64,000 nucleotides of DNA, taken from contig CAZDWC010000010.1 of the NCBI GenBank assembly GCA_964509075.1, forward strand, positions 22,368 to 86,367, written 5' to 3'. This document shows positions 10,215 through 19,653 of this stretch, in pieces (the stretch's first letter is position 1; each line of letters starts with the position of its first letter). The position numbers and the translations under genes were made by a program. The DNA comes from an uncultured Pseudomonadales bacterium (GTDB lineage Bacteria > Pseudomonadota > Gammaproteobacteria > Pseudomonadales > UBA7239). The notes beneath the pieces are model-generated. The model ran no database searches, was not told the DNA's origin, and saw only the letters and a list, made by a program, of their open reading frames with translations.

Positions 10215-10411
10215 CCTCCAGACCCACAGGTCTCACCTACCCTGCATTAAGCGTAGCAGCGCCAGAGCCGTTGCAGGCAAACACAAACATTGCCCGGAGG
10301 TCGTGGCGTTTGGCAAAGGCTTCAGTATAATCAGGGGCATATTGAGCGCTGTGTACAGCCCATGGGCTCTACACAACAGACAGAACAGCCAAGGATCAAT
10401 ACCGCTTTTCG

Positions 10412-11302
10412 ATGTATCAGTTGAGCTTCAAGGACAATCGCCAGGCGCCAATTGCCATCGTAGAGGCCGTTTATACCTTGGGCCGGGATACAGGCAATAG
10501 CGTGGTGCTGGAAACCAGCACCGTGAACCCCTCCCACGCCAAAGTCATCCAGCACGAGGGTCGCCTGTTCCTGCAGGACAACAAGAGCACCTACGGCAGC
10601 TTCGTCAACGGCAAGAAAATCAAGTACAAGGAATTGCGACCCGGCGATGTGATCACGCTGGGCAATGTGCATTTTGATGTGCTGGAAGTGGATGAAAGCA
10701 GCCTCGCGGCCACACAGATTCCGCGCATGCTGGGCAAATCTGCCATCGTCAACAGCAACAGCTGGCGACTGGTGTCCGACAGCAGCTGGCTGGCCGGCAA
10801 GGTATTCGAACTGAACCCGAATGGCACAAAACTCGGTCGCGGCAAGGATTGCGACATTGTCATCCCCGGCACACACCTGTCGCGCCACCATGCCGAACTG
10901 CGCCAGGACGGTAAGCGCCTGATCCTGCGCGACCTGCAATCCGCCAACGGCTCTTTCGTGAACGAAATCCGTGTCGAGGGCGAACAGATCATCCGCGTCG
11001 GCGACCGTTTGCGTTTTGATGTCTACAGCTTTCGCGTGCAAGGCCCGGCCGATGCCGAGAGCACACAGCCAGATGTTTCCGGCCCGCGCAAGATCAATCT
11101 CGAAAACACATTGCAAAATATCGAAGCGCTGAAGACACAGGAATACCAACCGAAGGAATGGATCACCAAACCCACCTCGCACGGCAATCGCTACCACGAA
11201 GTGCCCATGCACCGGCACCATCTGGGGCCGATGTTCTGGGCCTCGGTCGGACTCGGCATCAGCGTGCTGGGCGTGCTCGCCTATATCGTCATCACTCTAT
11301 AA
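10412..11302 (+). CDS. Tail-anchored protein with two FHA domains
   Basis: 296 aa. FHA1 YTLGRDTGNSVVL...SHAKV...DNKSTYGSFVNG. FHA2 TKLGRGKDCDIVI...SRHHAEL...DLQSANGSFVNE. C-terminal TM MFWASVGLGISVLGVLAYIVI. Confidence 0.85.
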   Translation: MYQLSFKDNRQAPIAIVEAVYTLGRDTGNSVVLETSTVNPSHAKVIQHEGRLFLQDNKSTYGSFVNGKKIKYKELRPGDVITLGNVHFDVLEVDESSLAATQIPRMLGKSAIVNSNSWRLVSDSSWLAGKVFELNPNGTKLGRGKDCDIVIPGTHLSRHHAELRQDGKRLILRDLQSANGSFVNEIRVEGEQIIRVGDRLRFDVYSFRVQGPADAESTQPDVSGPRKINLENTLQNIEALKTQEYQPKEWITKPTSHGNRYHEVPMHRHHLGPMFWASVGLGISVLGVLAYIVITL

Positions 11303-11322
11303 AAGCATTATCACGCTGTCAT

Positions 11323-11925
11323 TCACGGCGCAGCCAGCGCGGCAGGCGTGTCGCCATCGCGCAGCACGCCTTCATCGCTCACCATGACTTTTTTCAACAT
11401 TGAGGCTGAATGCTGCAACAGCTCGCGTGCACCACGATCGCCCTGTAACACCGTCAAGCCAGGAAAAAAGGCACGCGGAAACAACACAGGATGACCACGC
11501 TGCTCGCTGCCATCCTCACACCGCAGATACGGTGCAACAATATGCTGTCTGTCACCCGCAGCCAGCAACAACGCCAGCGTTTCCTTCTGCACAAAGGGCA
11601 TGTCCGCCAATGCAACAAACACCGCATCACGATCCGCCGGCAGTTGCTGCACAGCACGCGCCAGATTGCTGCCCATGCCCGCATCAGGCCGATCCAGCAA
11701 CAGCGGCACCACGCGCGCATGCGTGGTAAACGGCCCGAGCAGGTATTGCAGCTGATCGACATCAGAATGGCGCAGCACGACATACACACTGCGCAGCGCG
11801 GGCACTGCCAGAAAAATACTGAGCGTGCACTGCAACATCGGCACACCCTGTACCGGATGCATGCGTTTGTCGCTGCCGAAACGTCGACTGCTGCCGGCGG
11901 CTAGCAAGATAGCATCCACAATCAC
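11323..11925 (-). CDS. mocA: Molybdenum cofactor cytidylyltransferase-like nucleotidyltransferase (MocA family)
   Basis: 200 aa. LLAAGSSRRFGSDK, GMGSNL, LADMPFV, GHPVLFPRAFF...LQGDRGAREL. Overlaps the xdhC-like stop by 4 nt. Confidence 0.8.
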   Translation of the reverse strand: MIVDAILLAAGSSRRFGSDKRMHPVQGVPMLQCTLSIFLAVPALRSVYVVLRHSDVDQLQYLLGPFTTHARVVPLLLDRPDAGMGSNLARAVQQLPADRDAVFVALADMPFVQKETLALLLAAGDRQHIVAPYLRCEDGSEQRGHPVLFPRAFFPGLTVLQGDRGARELLQHSASMLKKVMVSDEGVLRDGDTPAALAAP

Positions 11926-12893
11926 GCGCAGCGCCCGCTGCGCACGGCAGTCAATTGCGCCAGTACTGATACCGCAATTTCCATTGGTGTCTTGCTGCCG
12001 GTGTCGAGCCCGATAGGCGCATGCAAGCGCGACAACTGTTCTGGCGTGACATCCAGCAGCTGCAAACGCTCACGACGTTTTTCCGAAGTGCGCAATGACC
12101 CCATCGCTCCAATATAAAATGCGCGTGTACTAAAAGCTTCCATCAAACCCATGTCATCAATGCGCGGATCATGCGTCAGCGCCAGAATGGCACAATGCGT
12201 GTCATCACCGTATTGACGCACGGCATCGTCCGGCAAATCCGCCAGCAGCTGCACACCGCCGACATCCCAACGCGCGCGCGCATCAGCGCGCGGATCGCAA
12301 ACCAGTACTTCGTAATCCATCAGCAATGCCACCTGTGCCACGGCGCGCGACACTTCACTGACGCCGATCAGCAGCAAGCGGTATTGCGGGCCCAGACACT
12401 GGCCGAACGAGAGCAGGCGACAACTCGCATCTTCTTCAACACACAAAAGCGATTTCTCATCGCTAGCGGAAACCGCCGACTGCTTTCCCGAGACAAAATC
12501 GCGCACGAAAAAAATACGTTGCCGCGCCGTCAGCGCTTCAACAATCGCCGCGACGCTTGCACACAAAACAGCTGAAGAAATCAAGCGCTCGATCACAACA
12601 TCCAGAATGCCGCCACAGGGCAAGCGCAAGCGCTCTGCTTCTTCCGCTGTTGCGCCATAACGCAAACGCGTGACCGGTTGATTGAATTCACCGGCGACAA
12701 TGCGCGCCAGCAAATCGTCTTCAACACAACCCCCCGACAGCGAACCCACAAACGCGCCCGACGCATTGCAGGCCAGCAGAGAACCCGCAGGGCGTGGCGA
12801 CGAGCCCCATGTGGAGAGCACCGTGCACAACCAAACCGTCTTTCCCTCAGACAACCAGCGCTGCACCTGCTGAAAAACATCGAGATCGCGCAA
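11922..12893 (-). CDS. XdhC/CoxI-family molybdoenzyme maturation factor
   Basis: ORF 11922-13103(-). WLCTVLSTWGSSPRPAGS...GSLSGGCVEDD plus an NAD-fold half LLLIGVSEVS. The first 70 codons of the track ORF overlap the upstream Mo-subunit gene. Start provisionally placed at in-frame TTG 12893 just after its stop; exact start uncertain. Confidence 0.75.
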   Translation of the reverse strand: MRDLDVFQQVQRWLSEGKTVWLCTVLSTWGSSPRPAGSLLACNASGAFVGSLSGGCVEDDLLARIVAGEFNQPVTRLRYGATAEEAERLRLPCGGILDVVIERLISSAVLCASVAAIVEALTARQRIFFVRDFVSGKQSAVSASDEKSLLCVEEDASCRLLSFGQCLGPQYRLLLIGVSEVSRAVAQVALLMDYEVLVCDPRADARARWDVGGVQLLADLPDDAVRQYGDDTHCAILALTHDPRIDDMGLMEAFSTRAFYIGAMGSLRTSEKRRERLQLLDVTPEQLSRLHAPIGLDTGSKTPMEIAVSVLAQLTAVRSGRCA

Positions 12894-12897
12894 GGAG

Positions 12898-15087
12898 TCA
12901 CAACACCAACGGTAAATCGCGCAGGCGTTTGCCTGTGGCCGCAAACAAGGCATTGGCCACTGCCGGCGCCACGGGCGGCACCGCCACTTCACCAATGCCG
13001 CCCGGCTTTTCCATGCTCGGCACGATATACGCAGCAATATCAGGTGACTCATTGATACGCAACACTGGCAGATCGTGAAAATTGCTCTGCGCACAGGCGC
13101 CATCGCGAATCTCGACGCCGTTTTTCAGCACGGCCGTGAGGCCGTAAATCGCTCCACCTTCCATCTGTGCGATAACCTGATCCGGATTGATGACAAAACC
13201 GCAATCCACGGCAATCACCAGACGCGTGACACGAAATTCACTGCCGGTCACCAGAACATCGGCAACCATCGCCACCACGGAACCAAAGGATTCGTGCACG
13301 GCAATACCGCGACCGAAACCGGCAATGCGCGGCTGCACCTGCCACGCGGATTTTTCCACGGCAAGTTCCAACGCAGCGAGATGACGCGGCGCGTCTTTCA
13401 GGTACGCGCGACGGAATGCCACCGGATCCTGCTGCGCCGTGTGCGCCACTTCGTCAATGAAACCTTCCACGGCAAATGCATTGAATGAATGCGCTACCGA
13501 ACGCCAGAAACCGGTGGGCACACCAGCATCCACGTGAACCAAGCCAGCCTTGCGATTGGCAATGGCATACGGAATTTTTGTACCTTCCCCCATCGACACA
13601 TCGTAAGGCCCGACTTTGACCACGCCCTGGCCTATGCCGCGCGCAATTTTTTCCGGCACCCAGGTTGGCAGAATCCCGTGCATCAAATCCACACCGAAAC
13701 CACTCAACACGCTGGTACTGGCGAAATCGTGGTGCCAGCCAGTGACCTTACCTTGCGCATCGAAGGCGGCACGCAATTTGTGAAAAGCCGGCGGGCGATA
13801 GTAATCGTGTTGCATATCATCTTCGCGCGACCACATCAGCTTCACCGGCACACCCGGCTGCTGCACGGCAATCGCTGCCGCTTCACCGGCAAAATCCACA
13901 TAACCACGTCGACCGAAGCCACCGCCGAGGAATGTACTCTCCACACTGATATTGTCTTGCGGGATGCCAGTGAAATGCGATGCCACGGCGCGTGCAATCA
14001 TCGCCGTCTGTGTTGGCGCCCACAGCGTGAGCTGCCCATCTTTATACAAGGCCGTGCAGTTCTGCGGCTCCATCGGGCTGTGGTGAAAAAACGGCGCCGT
14101 GTATTCGGCTTCAACTGTTTTCGCGGCTGCAGCAAATGCCTGTTCGACATCGCCTTCCTTCATCACAGCAAACGGTTTTGCATCCTTGCCGAGTGCATTT
14201 TTCTGGCCTTGCACAATCGTCGCGGTATCAAGGCCAGCCAACGGCCCCTTGTTCCATTGCACCACCAATTTGCCTGCAGCCTTGCGTGCCTGCCAGTAAC
14301 CATCCGCGACGATGGCCACACCACTGTGAATCGGAAATACCGCGTGCACACCCGGCAAAGCATCGACACTGCTTTTATCGAAAGCTTGCAAAGAGCCGCC
14401 GAATTGCGGGCAGCGCACCACCACCGCTACTTTCATGCCCGGCTTGACAACATCCACACCGTATTGCGTTTTGCCCTGCACCTTGTCGGCACTGTCGAAG
14501 CGCTTCAGCGATTTGCCCAGCCAGCGATACTGTTCCGGTTTTTTCAGCTCCAGCGTCGATGGCAATTTTTGTTGCGCCGCATGCACCGCGAGATCGCCAT
14601 AGCTCAAACGCTGTTGACCATCCGGATGCAACACAAATCCGTTATCGGTTTTGCATTGTGACGCATTGACCTGCCACTGCTGCGCAGCCGCCGCCAACAG
14701 CATGGCTCGCGCACCAGCACCGGCTTCACGCAGAGGCTCCCAACCCGTCATGATGCTGGTACTGCCACCGGTGATCTGCACGGCCATCGCCGGATTCTTG
14801 AACGCCGCATGCGCACCGGCAAATTCGATTGTCATTTTTGCTGGATCAAAATCCAGCTCTTCGCCAATGATCGCCGACAGCGAAGTCATCACGCCCTGCC
14901 CCATCTCGGCCTTGTCGAGCTGAAAAACCACTTCGCCTTGCGGCGTGATCTGCAACCAGGCATTCGGCTGGAAACTGCCAGCACGCGTGTGCGGCACCGG
15001 AGCCGGTGCACGCAAGGAAAAACCGAGCAGCAAACCGCCGCCCAACACGCCGGAACCGATCAGGAATTTGCGACGCGACAATTTCAT
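12898..15087 (-). CDS. Molybdopterin-binding subunit of a xanthine-dehydrogenase-family hydroxylase (IorB / aldehyde oxidoreductase type), Tat-exported
   Basis: 729 aa. Twin-arginine signal [17 protein letters not shown]. Size and GGGFGRR-type motif fit two-subunit IorAB-like enzymes. Confidence 0.85.
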   Translation of the reverse strand: MKLSRRKFLIGSGVLGGGLLLGFSLRAPAPVPHTRAGSFQPNAWLQITPQGEVVFQLDKAEMGQGVMTSLSAIIGEELDFDPAKMTIEFAGAHAAFKNPAMAVQITGGSTSIMTGWEPLREAGAGARAMLLAAAAQQWQVNASQCKTDNGFVLHPDGQQRLSYGDLAVHAAQQKLPSTLELKKPEQYRWLGKSLKRFDSADKVQGKTQYGVDVVKPGMKVAVVVRCPQFGGSLQAFDKSSVDALPGVHAVFPIHSGVAIVADGYWQARKAAGKLVVQWNKGPLAGLDTATIVQGQKNALGKDAKPFAVMKEGDVEQAFAAAAKTVEAEYTAPFFHHSPMEPQNCTALYKDGQLTLWAPTQTAMIARAVASHFTGIPQDNISVESTFLGGGFGRRGYVDFAGEAAAIAVQQPGVPVKLMWSREDDMQHDYYRPPAFHKLRAAFDAQGKVTGWHHDFASTSVLSGFGVDLMHGILPTWVPEKIARGIGQGVVKVGPYDVSMGEGTKIPYAIANRKAGLVHVDAGVPTGFWRSVAHSFNAFAVEGFIDEVAHTAQQDPVAFRRAYLKDAPRHLAALELAVEKSAWQVQPRIAGFGRGIAVHESFGSVVAMVADVLVTGSEFRVTRLVIAVDCGFVINPDQVIAQMEGGAIYGLTAVLKNGVEIRDGACAQSNFHDLPVLRINESPDIAAYIVPSMEKPGGIGEVAVPPVAPAVANALFAATGKRLRDLPLVL

Positions 15088-15605
15088 ACTGCACCTCCAT
15101 TGGCGCGAACACGATCGGTTGCCGGATCAAAAAACGCCACACCGACACCCTGTTCCTTTTGCATGCTTTTTGCCGCCGCCTGTATCGCTTTGACAATGCG
15201 TGGATAAGTCCCGCAACGACAGATATTGCCGGACATGGCCGAACGGATATCGTCTTCGGAAGGATTGGCATTGTGTGCGAGCAAGCCGATGGCACTCATG
15301 ATTTGTCCCGGCTGGCAGTAGCCGCACTGCGAGACATTTTCATCCAGCCACGCCTGCTGCACCACATGATTGCCGCCCAGGCCTTCGATGGTCGTCACCT
15401 GCTGGCCGGCTACGCTGGCGATCGGCAGCACACAACTGCGCATAGGGCTGCCGTTGATCAACACCGTGCACGCACCGCACAAGCCCTGACCGCAACCGAA
15501 CTTGGTGCCGGTCTTCTGCAGCACATCGCGCAGCGCCCACAACAGCGGCATGTCATTGTCCACATCCAGCGAGACCGTCTCGCCATTCAACCAGAACACG
15601 ATCAT
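15084..15605 (-). CDS. [2Fe-2S]-binding small subunit (IorA type)
   Basis: 173 aa. [11 protein letters not shown] and CGYCQPG...CRCGTY cluster motifs. ATGA overlap with the large subunit. Confidence 0.88.
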   Translation of the reverse strand: MIVFWLNGETVSLDVDNDMPLLWALRDVLQKTGTKFGCGQGLCGACTVLINGSPMRSCVLPIASVAGQQVTTIEGLGGNHVVQQAWLDENVSQCGYCQPGQIMSAIGLLAHNANPSEDDIRSAMSGNICRCGTYPRIVKAIQAAAKSMQKEQGVGVAFFDPATDRVRANGGAV

Positions 15606-15626
15606 TTCAATGACTCCACTCGCATT

Positions 15627-17627
15627 TCAATAATTCCACTCGATTCCCAGAAAAATACTGCGCGGCAGACCGACAAAATAGCGCGGCTGCACCGGCGGCT
15701 TTACCGTGACGTCGGCGCGCTCGGCATAATCTTCATTAGTCATGTTCATCAATCGCGCAAACACTGTCCAACGCGTATCCAGTGCCTGCTGCACGCGCAG
15801 ATTCAACAGATCGTGCCCCGTATACTCAAAAAGGTTTTCCGCATCCAGATAATATTTACCCATATGCTGCCATTCCAGTTCCGCGCGCAAGCCGGCATGT
15901 TGCCAACCCCATTGCACCGCACCCAACGTGCGCGGCGCCGTATCCATGATGTTGCCATCTGCCCCGGCCACCACATCACTGTTGTAGCGATGCTCCGCAT
16001 ACGCGGCTTCGATGGCGACAAACCAGCCGGACTGCCACTGCTGCTGCACGCTGAATTCCACACCGCGATGCACAGTGCGCGCATCATCGTCCAACACATT
16101 GGCCGAATTGCGCACAATGACGTGATCCTTGCGCATATCGAACAAGGCAATGGCCCAATCAGTACCTGTCTGGTTTTTTCCGCGCCAGCCTATCTCGGCT
16201 GCATCCATCGACTCTGCGCCAATATCCGCTTGCCCATTCTGCAGGCGATACAACTCGGCCGTCTGCGGTGCGCGTTTGCCGGCAGACAGGCTGGCATACC
16301 ACTCATTGTCTGCCGCGTCGGTGTAGACCATACCCAGGCGCGGTGACAGCAAGGTGAAACCATCACCACGATCTGCAGGTCGCACATACTTGCCTGAAAC
16401 ACCATCGCCGATGCGGTTGTCATAGTCATAGAAAATACGATCTGCTCGCGCGCCGAGTTGTGCATCAATACGATCACTGACATGCCAGACCACTTCCTGC
16501 CACAACGCGGCAGTGTGCATGGCAACACGGTAATCGTAGTGATCGCCCTGCGGCGAGCCGGCTACCATCGGCAAGGCCTGCCACTCCTGCGTCCAGGCAG
16601 TTGCCGTTTCCACTTCTGCACCGGCATGCCATGCGCCCCAGGCAAAATGGTCACGCTGCATCAATCCCTGTACACCAACACTGTTGTGGCCGTTTTTTTC
16701 CAGAGGCTGACCCGGATTGAAATGCTGGGTGAAATCCATATCGCTGTGACGCAGATATGGCTTGATGCTGTAGCGATAGTCATCATCACTCCAATCCCAG
16801 GATTGCACATAGCGAAAGGCATTTGCATCGCGATAAGCATCGGGATTCGGATTCTCGGTTTTGCGTGCATCATCCTGGTAGGCATCTGCACCGACCAGAT
16901 AACCGATACTCTGCTGATCCAGTCGCGTCGCAGTAAAGGAGTGCGTCAACTGCACATCTGATAACTGCTGCTGGAATTTTGCCGAGAGTTTTTGCTGATC
17001 AAAACCACTGCTGTCCTGATAACCGCCATCGTGCGTATTATTGAATGCCACATAACCTGCATCCAACGCCTGTTTCCACATCAGGCGTGCATAATCATTG
17101 GGGCCGCCTTCGACTCGCACAGTGCTGTCTTGCTGTTGCACAGGCAGAGTCAATACATTGATGACACCGTGTACCGCATTGGCACCGTACAACGAGCCGC
17201 CCTGCGCACCGCGCAGCACTTCTACACCACCGGCCTGCTCGGTATTCATTTCCATCAACTGGTTGGCATTGCAAAAACCACTGGGGCGTACCGGCACGCC
17301 GTCTTCTGCGTAAAGCACTTCGCCACAGGCACCTGCGCCTGTCCATACCGGCGAACGCAATGCCGTGAGATGCTCCTGCCCGCCGCCGCGACTGACCCAA
17401 ACGCCGGCAACGCGGTTCAGCAATTCGGCGGGATGCGCGGCATTGACTTGCTCGACATCCGCTGCGCTGATGATTTCCGCCTTGCCCGGCAAGGTTTGCG
17501 CACGCGTTCCGACCACCTCGATGGTTTGCAATTCATTAATGGTTTGCAACACATCATCGGCAAATGCCGGCAGAACCGGCAGGCACAGCAACCACAACAG
17601 ACATCGCCAACGCACGGTATCGCTCAA
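15627..17627 (-). CDS. TonB-dependent outer-membrane receptor
   Basis: 666 aa. Signal peptide, plug region (IEVVGTR...ISAADVE...LLNRVAGV) and C-terminal aromatic residue (EWNY). Confidence 0.88.
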   Translation of the reverse strand: MSDTVRWRCLLWLLCLPVLPAFADDVLQTINELQTIEVVGTRAQTLPGKAEIISAADVEQVNAAHPAELLNRVAGVWVSRGGGQEHLTALRSPVWTGAGACGEVLYAEDGVPVRPSGFCNANQLMEMNTEQAGGVEVLRGAQGGSLYGANAVHGVINVLTLPVQQQDSTVRVEGGPNDYARLMWKQALDAGYVAFNNTHDGGYQDSSGFDQQKLSAKFQQQLSDVQLTHSFTATRLDQQSIGYLVGADAYQDDARKTENPNPDAYRDANAFRYVQSWDWSDDDYRYSIKPYLRHSDMDFTQHFNPGQPLEKNGHNSVGVQGLMQRDHFAWGAWHAGAEVETATAWTQEWQALPMVAGSPQGDHYDYRVAMHTAALWQEVVWHVSDRIDAQLGARADRIFYDYDNRIGDGVSGKYVRPADRGDGFTLLSPRLGMVYTDAADNEWYASLSAGKRAPQTAELYRLQNGQADIGAESMDAAEIGWRGKNQTGTDWAIALFDMRKDHVIVRNSANVLDDDARTVHRGVEFSVQQQWQSGWFVAIEAAYAEHRYNSDVVAGADGNIMDTAPRTLGAVQWGWQHAGLRAELEWQHMGKYYLDAENLFEYTGHDLLNLRVQQALDTRWTVFARLMNMTNEDYAERADVTVKPPVQPRYFVGLPRSIFLGIEWNY

Positions 17628-18130
17628 CCAAAATCACCGAGAAAACGATTCTTGTATTCAAAGACCAGACTGGCATTGCGTGACGTGGTTTCTTCATAGA
17701 CGCGCTTGTAACCAATGGAGGCGATGCGCCAACCGGCATCCGTTTTTACATAGCGCTCGTCATAGAAAGCCGTGCCTGCGATGCAGAAATGTTTTTCAGG
17801 ATCGCGACTGACCGTATTGATAACAGCATCGGTGAGATACCAGACACCGCGCGCTTCGCTCAGCTTTTCATTGAAGGTGATTTCCGGATGGTGCACCTGA
17901 TGTTTGGTGACAACGCGCTTGTGGCTGAGCGCCTGCGACAGGAATGCCATCACCGCTTCGCGGCCTTCGTAGCTGTGCTTGCCATCGGAATAGGTGCTGA
18001 CCACATCCGGCGTGAACAGTGCCGCGACCTCATCCCACTGTTTGAGATCCAGATGGCGCAAATAGGCGTATTTCAGTTGTTTGATGTCTTCGATGGCGAC
18101 AAGGCGCGCCAGCTGCTGTTCGCTGTTCAT
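17624..18130 (-). CDS. SnoaL-like / NTF2-fold protein
   Basis: ORF 17624-18232(-). Start at MNSEQQLARL (ATG 18130) preceded by GGAGGA. IEDIKQLKYAYLRHLDLKQWDEV is typical of SnoaL_4-like proteins. 4-nt overlap with the receptor gene. Confidence 0.65.
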   Translation of the reverse strand: MNSEQQLARLVAIEDIKQLKYAYLRHLDLKQWDEVAALFTPDVVSTYSDGKHSYEGREAVMAFLSQALSHKRVVTKHQVHHPEITFNEKLSEARGVWYLTDAVINTVSRDPEKHFCIAGTAFYDERYVKTDAGWRIASIGYKRVYEETTSRNASLVFEYKNRFLGDFG

Positions 18131-18246
18131 GCGGGATCCTCCGGGTGAGTGATCCATCATAGCGGGCAGACACACCCCCGCCATACGCAATAATGCGCAA
18201 CAGCTTCGCAATCGATACTGCAACAGCTTCATCTGAACTGCACCGA

Positions 18247-18279
18247 CTTCATCTGAGCTTCATGTCGCTGTGATAAAAT
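18247..18279 (+). promoter_or_regulatory. Direct repeat CTTCAT-N5-CTTCAT overlapping the -35 position of an extended -10 promoter (TGATAAAAT)
   Basis: CTTCAT at 18247-18252 and 18258-18263, with a third copy at 18227-18232. TGATAAAAT at 18271-18279, 28 nt upstream of the arnT-like ATG. Confidence 0.4.
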
Positions 18280-18306
18280 TTTTTCCTGCCACTTACGGAC
18301 TACGCA

Positions 18307-19653
18307 ATGACCGCAACCCTATCTGCATCCAGCACGGGCAGCTCCAGCAACGCCGCAAAATCACGGCCACACCTGCTGCTGTTGCTGGCCACGACACTGA
18401 TCGTGCTGCTCAACCTGTTTACCGGTCTTGGCGACATGCCCATCAGCCGCATTCAGGAAGCGCGCGTTGCCGGCACCGCACAGGAAATGCTGGATCGCCA
18501 CGAATTCCTCATGCCCTACTTCCAGGGGGAAATACGCTTGCAGAAGCCGCCGCTGGCCTACTGGGTGGCAACAGCCGGTTACCTCGTGTACGGCGAACGC
18601 AGCCACTGGGCACTGCGTTTTTTCACGGCCTGTATTGGCCTGTGCAGCCTGCTGGTGCTCTACCGCTGGGTGGCGCGCGAAACCGACGGCAATACCGCCT
18701 GCTTCACTGTGCTGTGCATGGTCTCCAGCCTCATCCCCCTGAAGATGTCTCGCGTTGCCGAAACCGATCCGCTGTTGATGTTCGCACTGATTGTTGCCGT
18801 ATTTCTTGTCTATCAATTGCTTTTCACCGACAAATACAAACCGCAGCTGGTGCTGGCACTCTACACCGCCATGGGATTCGGCATGCTGAGCAAAGGGCCG
18901 CCGGCACTGGCCATTCCACTGGGATTGCTGCTCGTCACCGCCATCACGCAAAAAAAACTGCCCGTGCTCGCACGACTGCTGTCACCCGCCGGCATTCTCG
19001 TATTCCTGCTGCTGTCTTGCAGTTGGTACGCGTATGTCTACCACGTTGAGCCCGATGCACTGCTGCGAACACTGAGCAAGGAAACCGATGACACCTACTT
19101 GCACGGCGATCATTACGAACCCTTTTATTACTACCTGAACCACGGCGCCGGCTATTACGCACCGTGGTCATTGCTGGTACTGCCTTGCGGTGTCTGGCTG
19201 TGGCAGCAACGGCAACAACTCCCCTCGCTCATCCGCTTCACTTGCAGCTGGTTTGTGCTGGTGTTCTGCATTCTCTCTTTCAATGCCAACAAGCAGGCCC
19301 ACTACAGCTTGTTGCTGGCGCCCTCCTTTGCCATCCTCATGGCGTATTACCTGCAACACGCCGCAGGACGCTTCCGGACCATCAACACGATTTTCTGCAT
19401 CGCACTCGCTGCGGCCTGCACCATAGGATCGGCCGTCATGATGCAACGTCACCCGGTTCTACCGGTGTTCTTTTTCACAGGCACTGCCGTCATCGTTGCG
19501 TCCGTGATCATTTTCAGAAAATCCGGCCTGCAGCAAGCCTGCATGATTCTGCTCGCCGGCAGCGTTGCCATGGCGACGATTCTGCACGGCCTTGCCGACG
19601 ACAGCGCGAGCACTGCTACCGCACGCACCCACAGTGGAAACGTTGTTCCATGA
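18307..19653 (+). CDS. GT-C glycosyltransferase, ArnT / family 39-83 like (paralogue A)
   Basis: 448 aa, polytopic. N-terminal loop EARVAGTAQEML...MPYFQGEIRLQKPPLAYW matches the ArnT/PMT-type first periplasmic loop. Confidence 0.8.
   Translation: MTATLSASSTGSSSNAAKSRPHLLLLLATTLIVLLNLFTGLGDMPISRIQEARVAGTAQEMLDRHEFLMPYFQGEIRLQKPPLAYWVATAGYLVYGERSHWALRFFTACIGLCSLLVLYRWVARETDGNTACFTVLCMVSSLIPLKMSRVAETDPLLMFALIVAVFLVYQLLFTDKYKPQLVLALYTAMGFGMLSKGPPALAIPLGLLLVTAITQKKLPVLARLLSPAGILVFLLLSCSWYAYVYHVEPDALLRTLSKETDDTYLHGDHYEPFYYYLNHGAGYYAPWSLLVLPCGVWLWQQRQQLPSLIRFTCSWFVLVFCILSFNANKQAHYSLLLAPSFAILMAYYLQHAAGRFRTINTIFCIALAAACTIGSAVMMQRHPVLPVFFFTGTAVIVASVIIFRKSGLQQACMILLAGSVAMATILHGLADDSASTATARTHSGNVVP

Noticed and set aside
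10309-10331. TTGGCA ... TATAAT as a sigma-70 promoter for the FHA gene
   Set aside because: The spacer is only 11 nt, too short for a canonical -35/-10 pair. The TATAAT may still be a -10 but cannot be supported alone.
12894-13103. N-terminal 70 codons of the XdhC-family ORF
   Set aside because: They overlap the 3' end of the Mo-subunit gene and precede the conserved XdhC N-terminus. An in-frame TTG right after the upstream stop gives a typical XdhC length. The exact start remains unverified.
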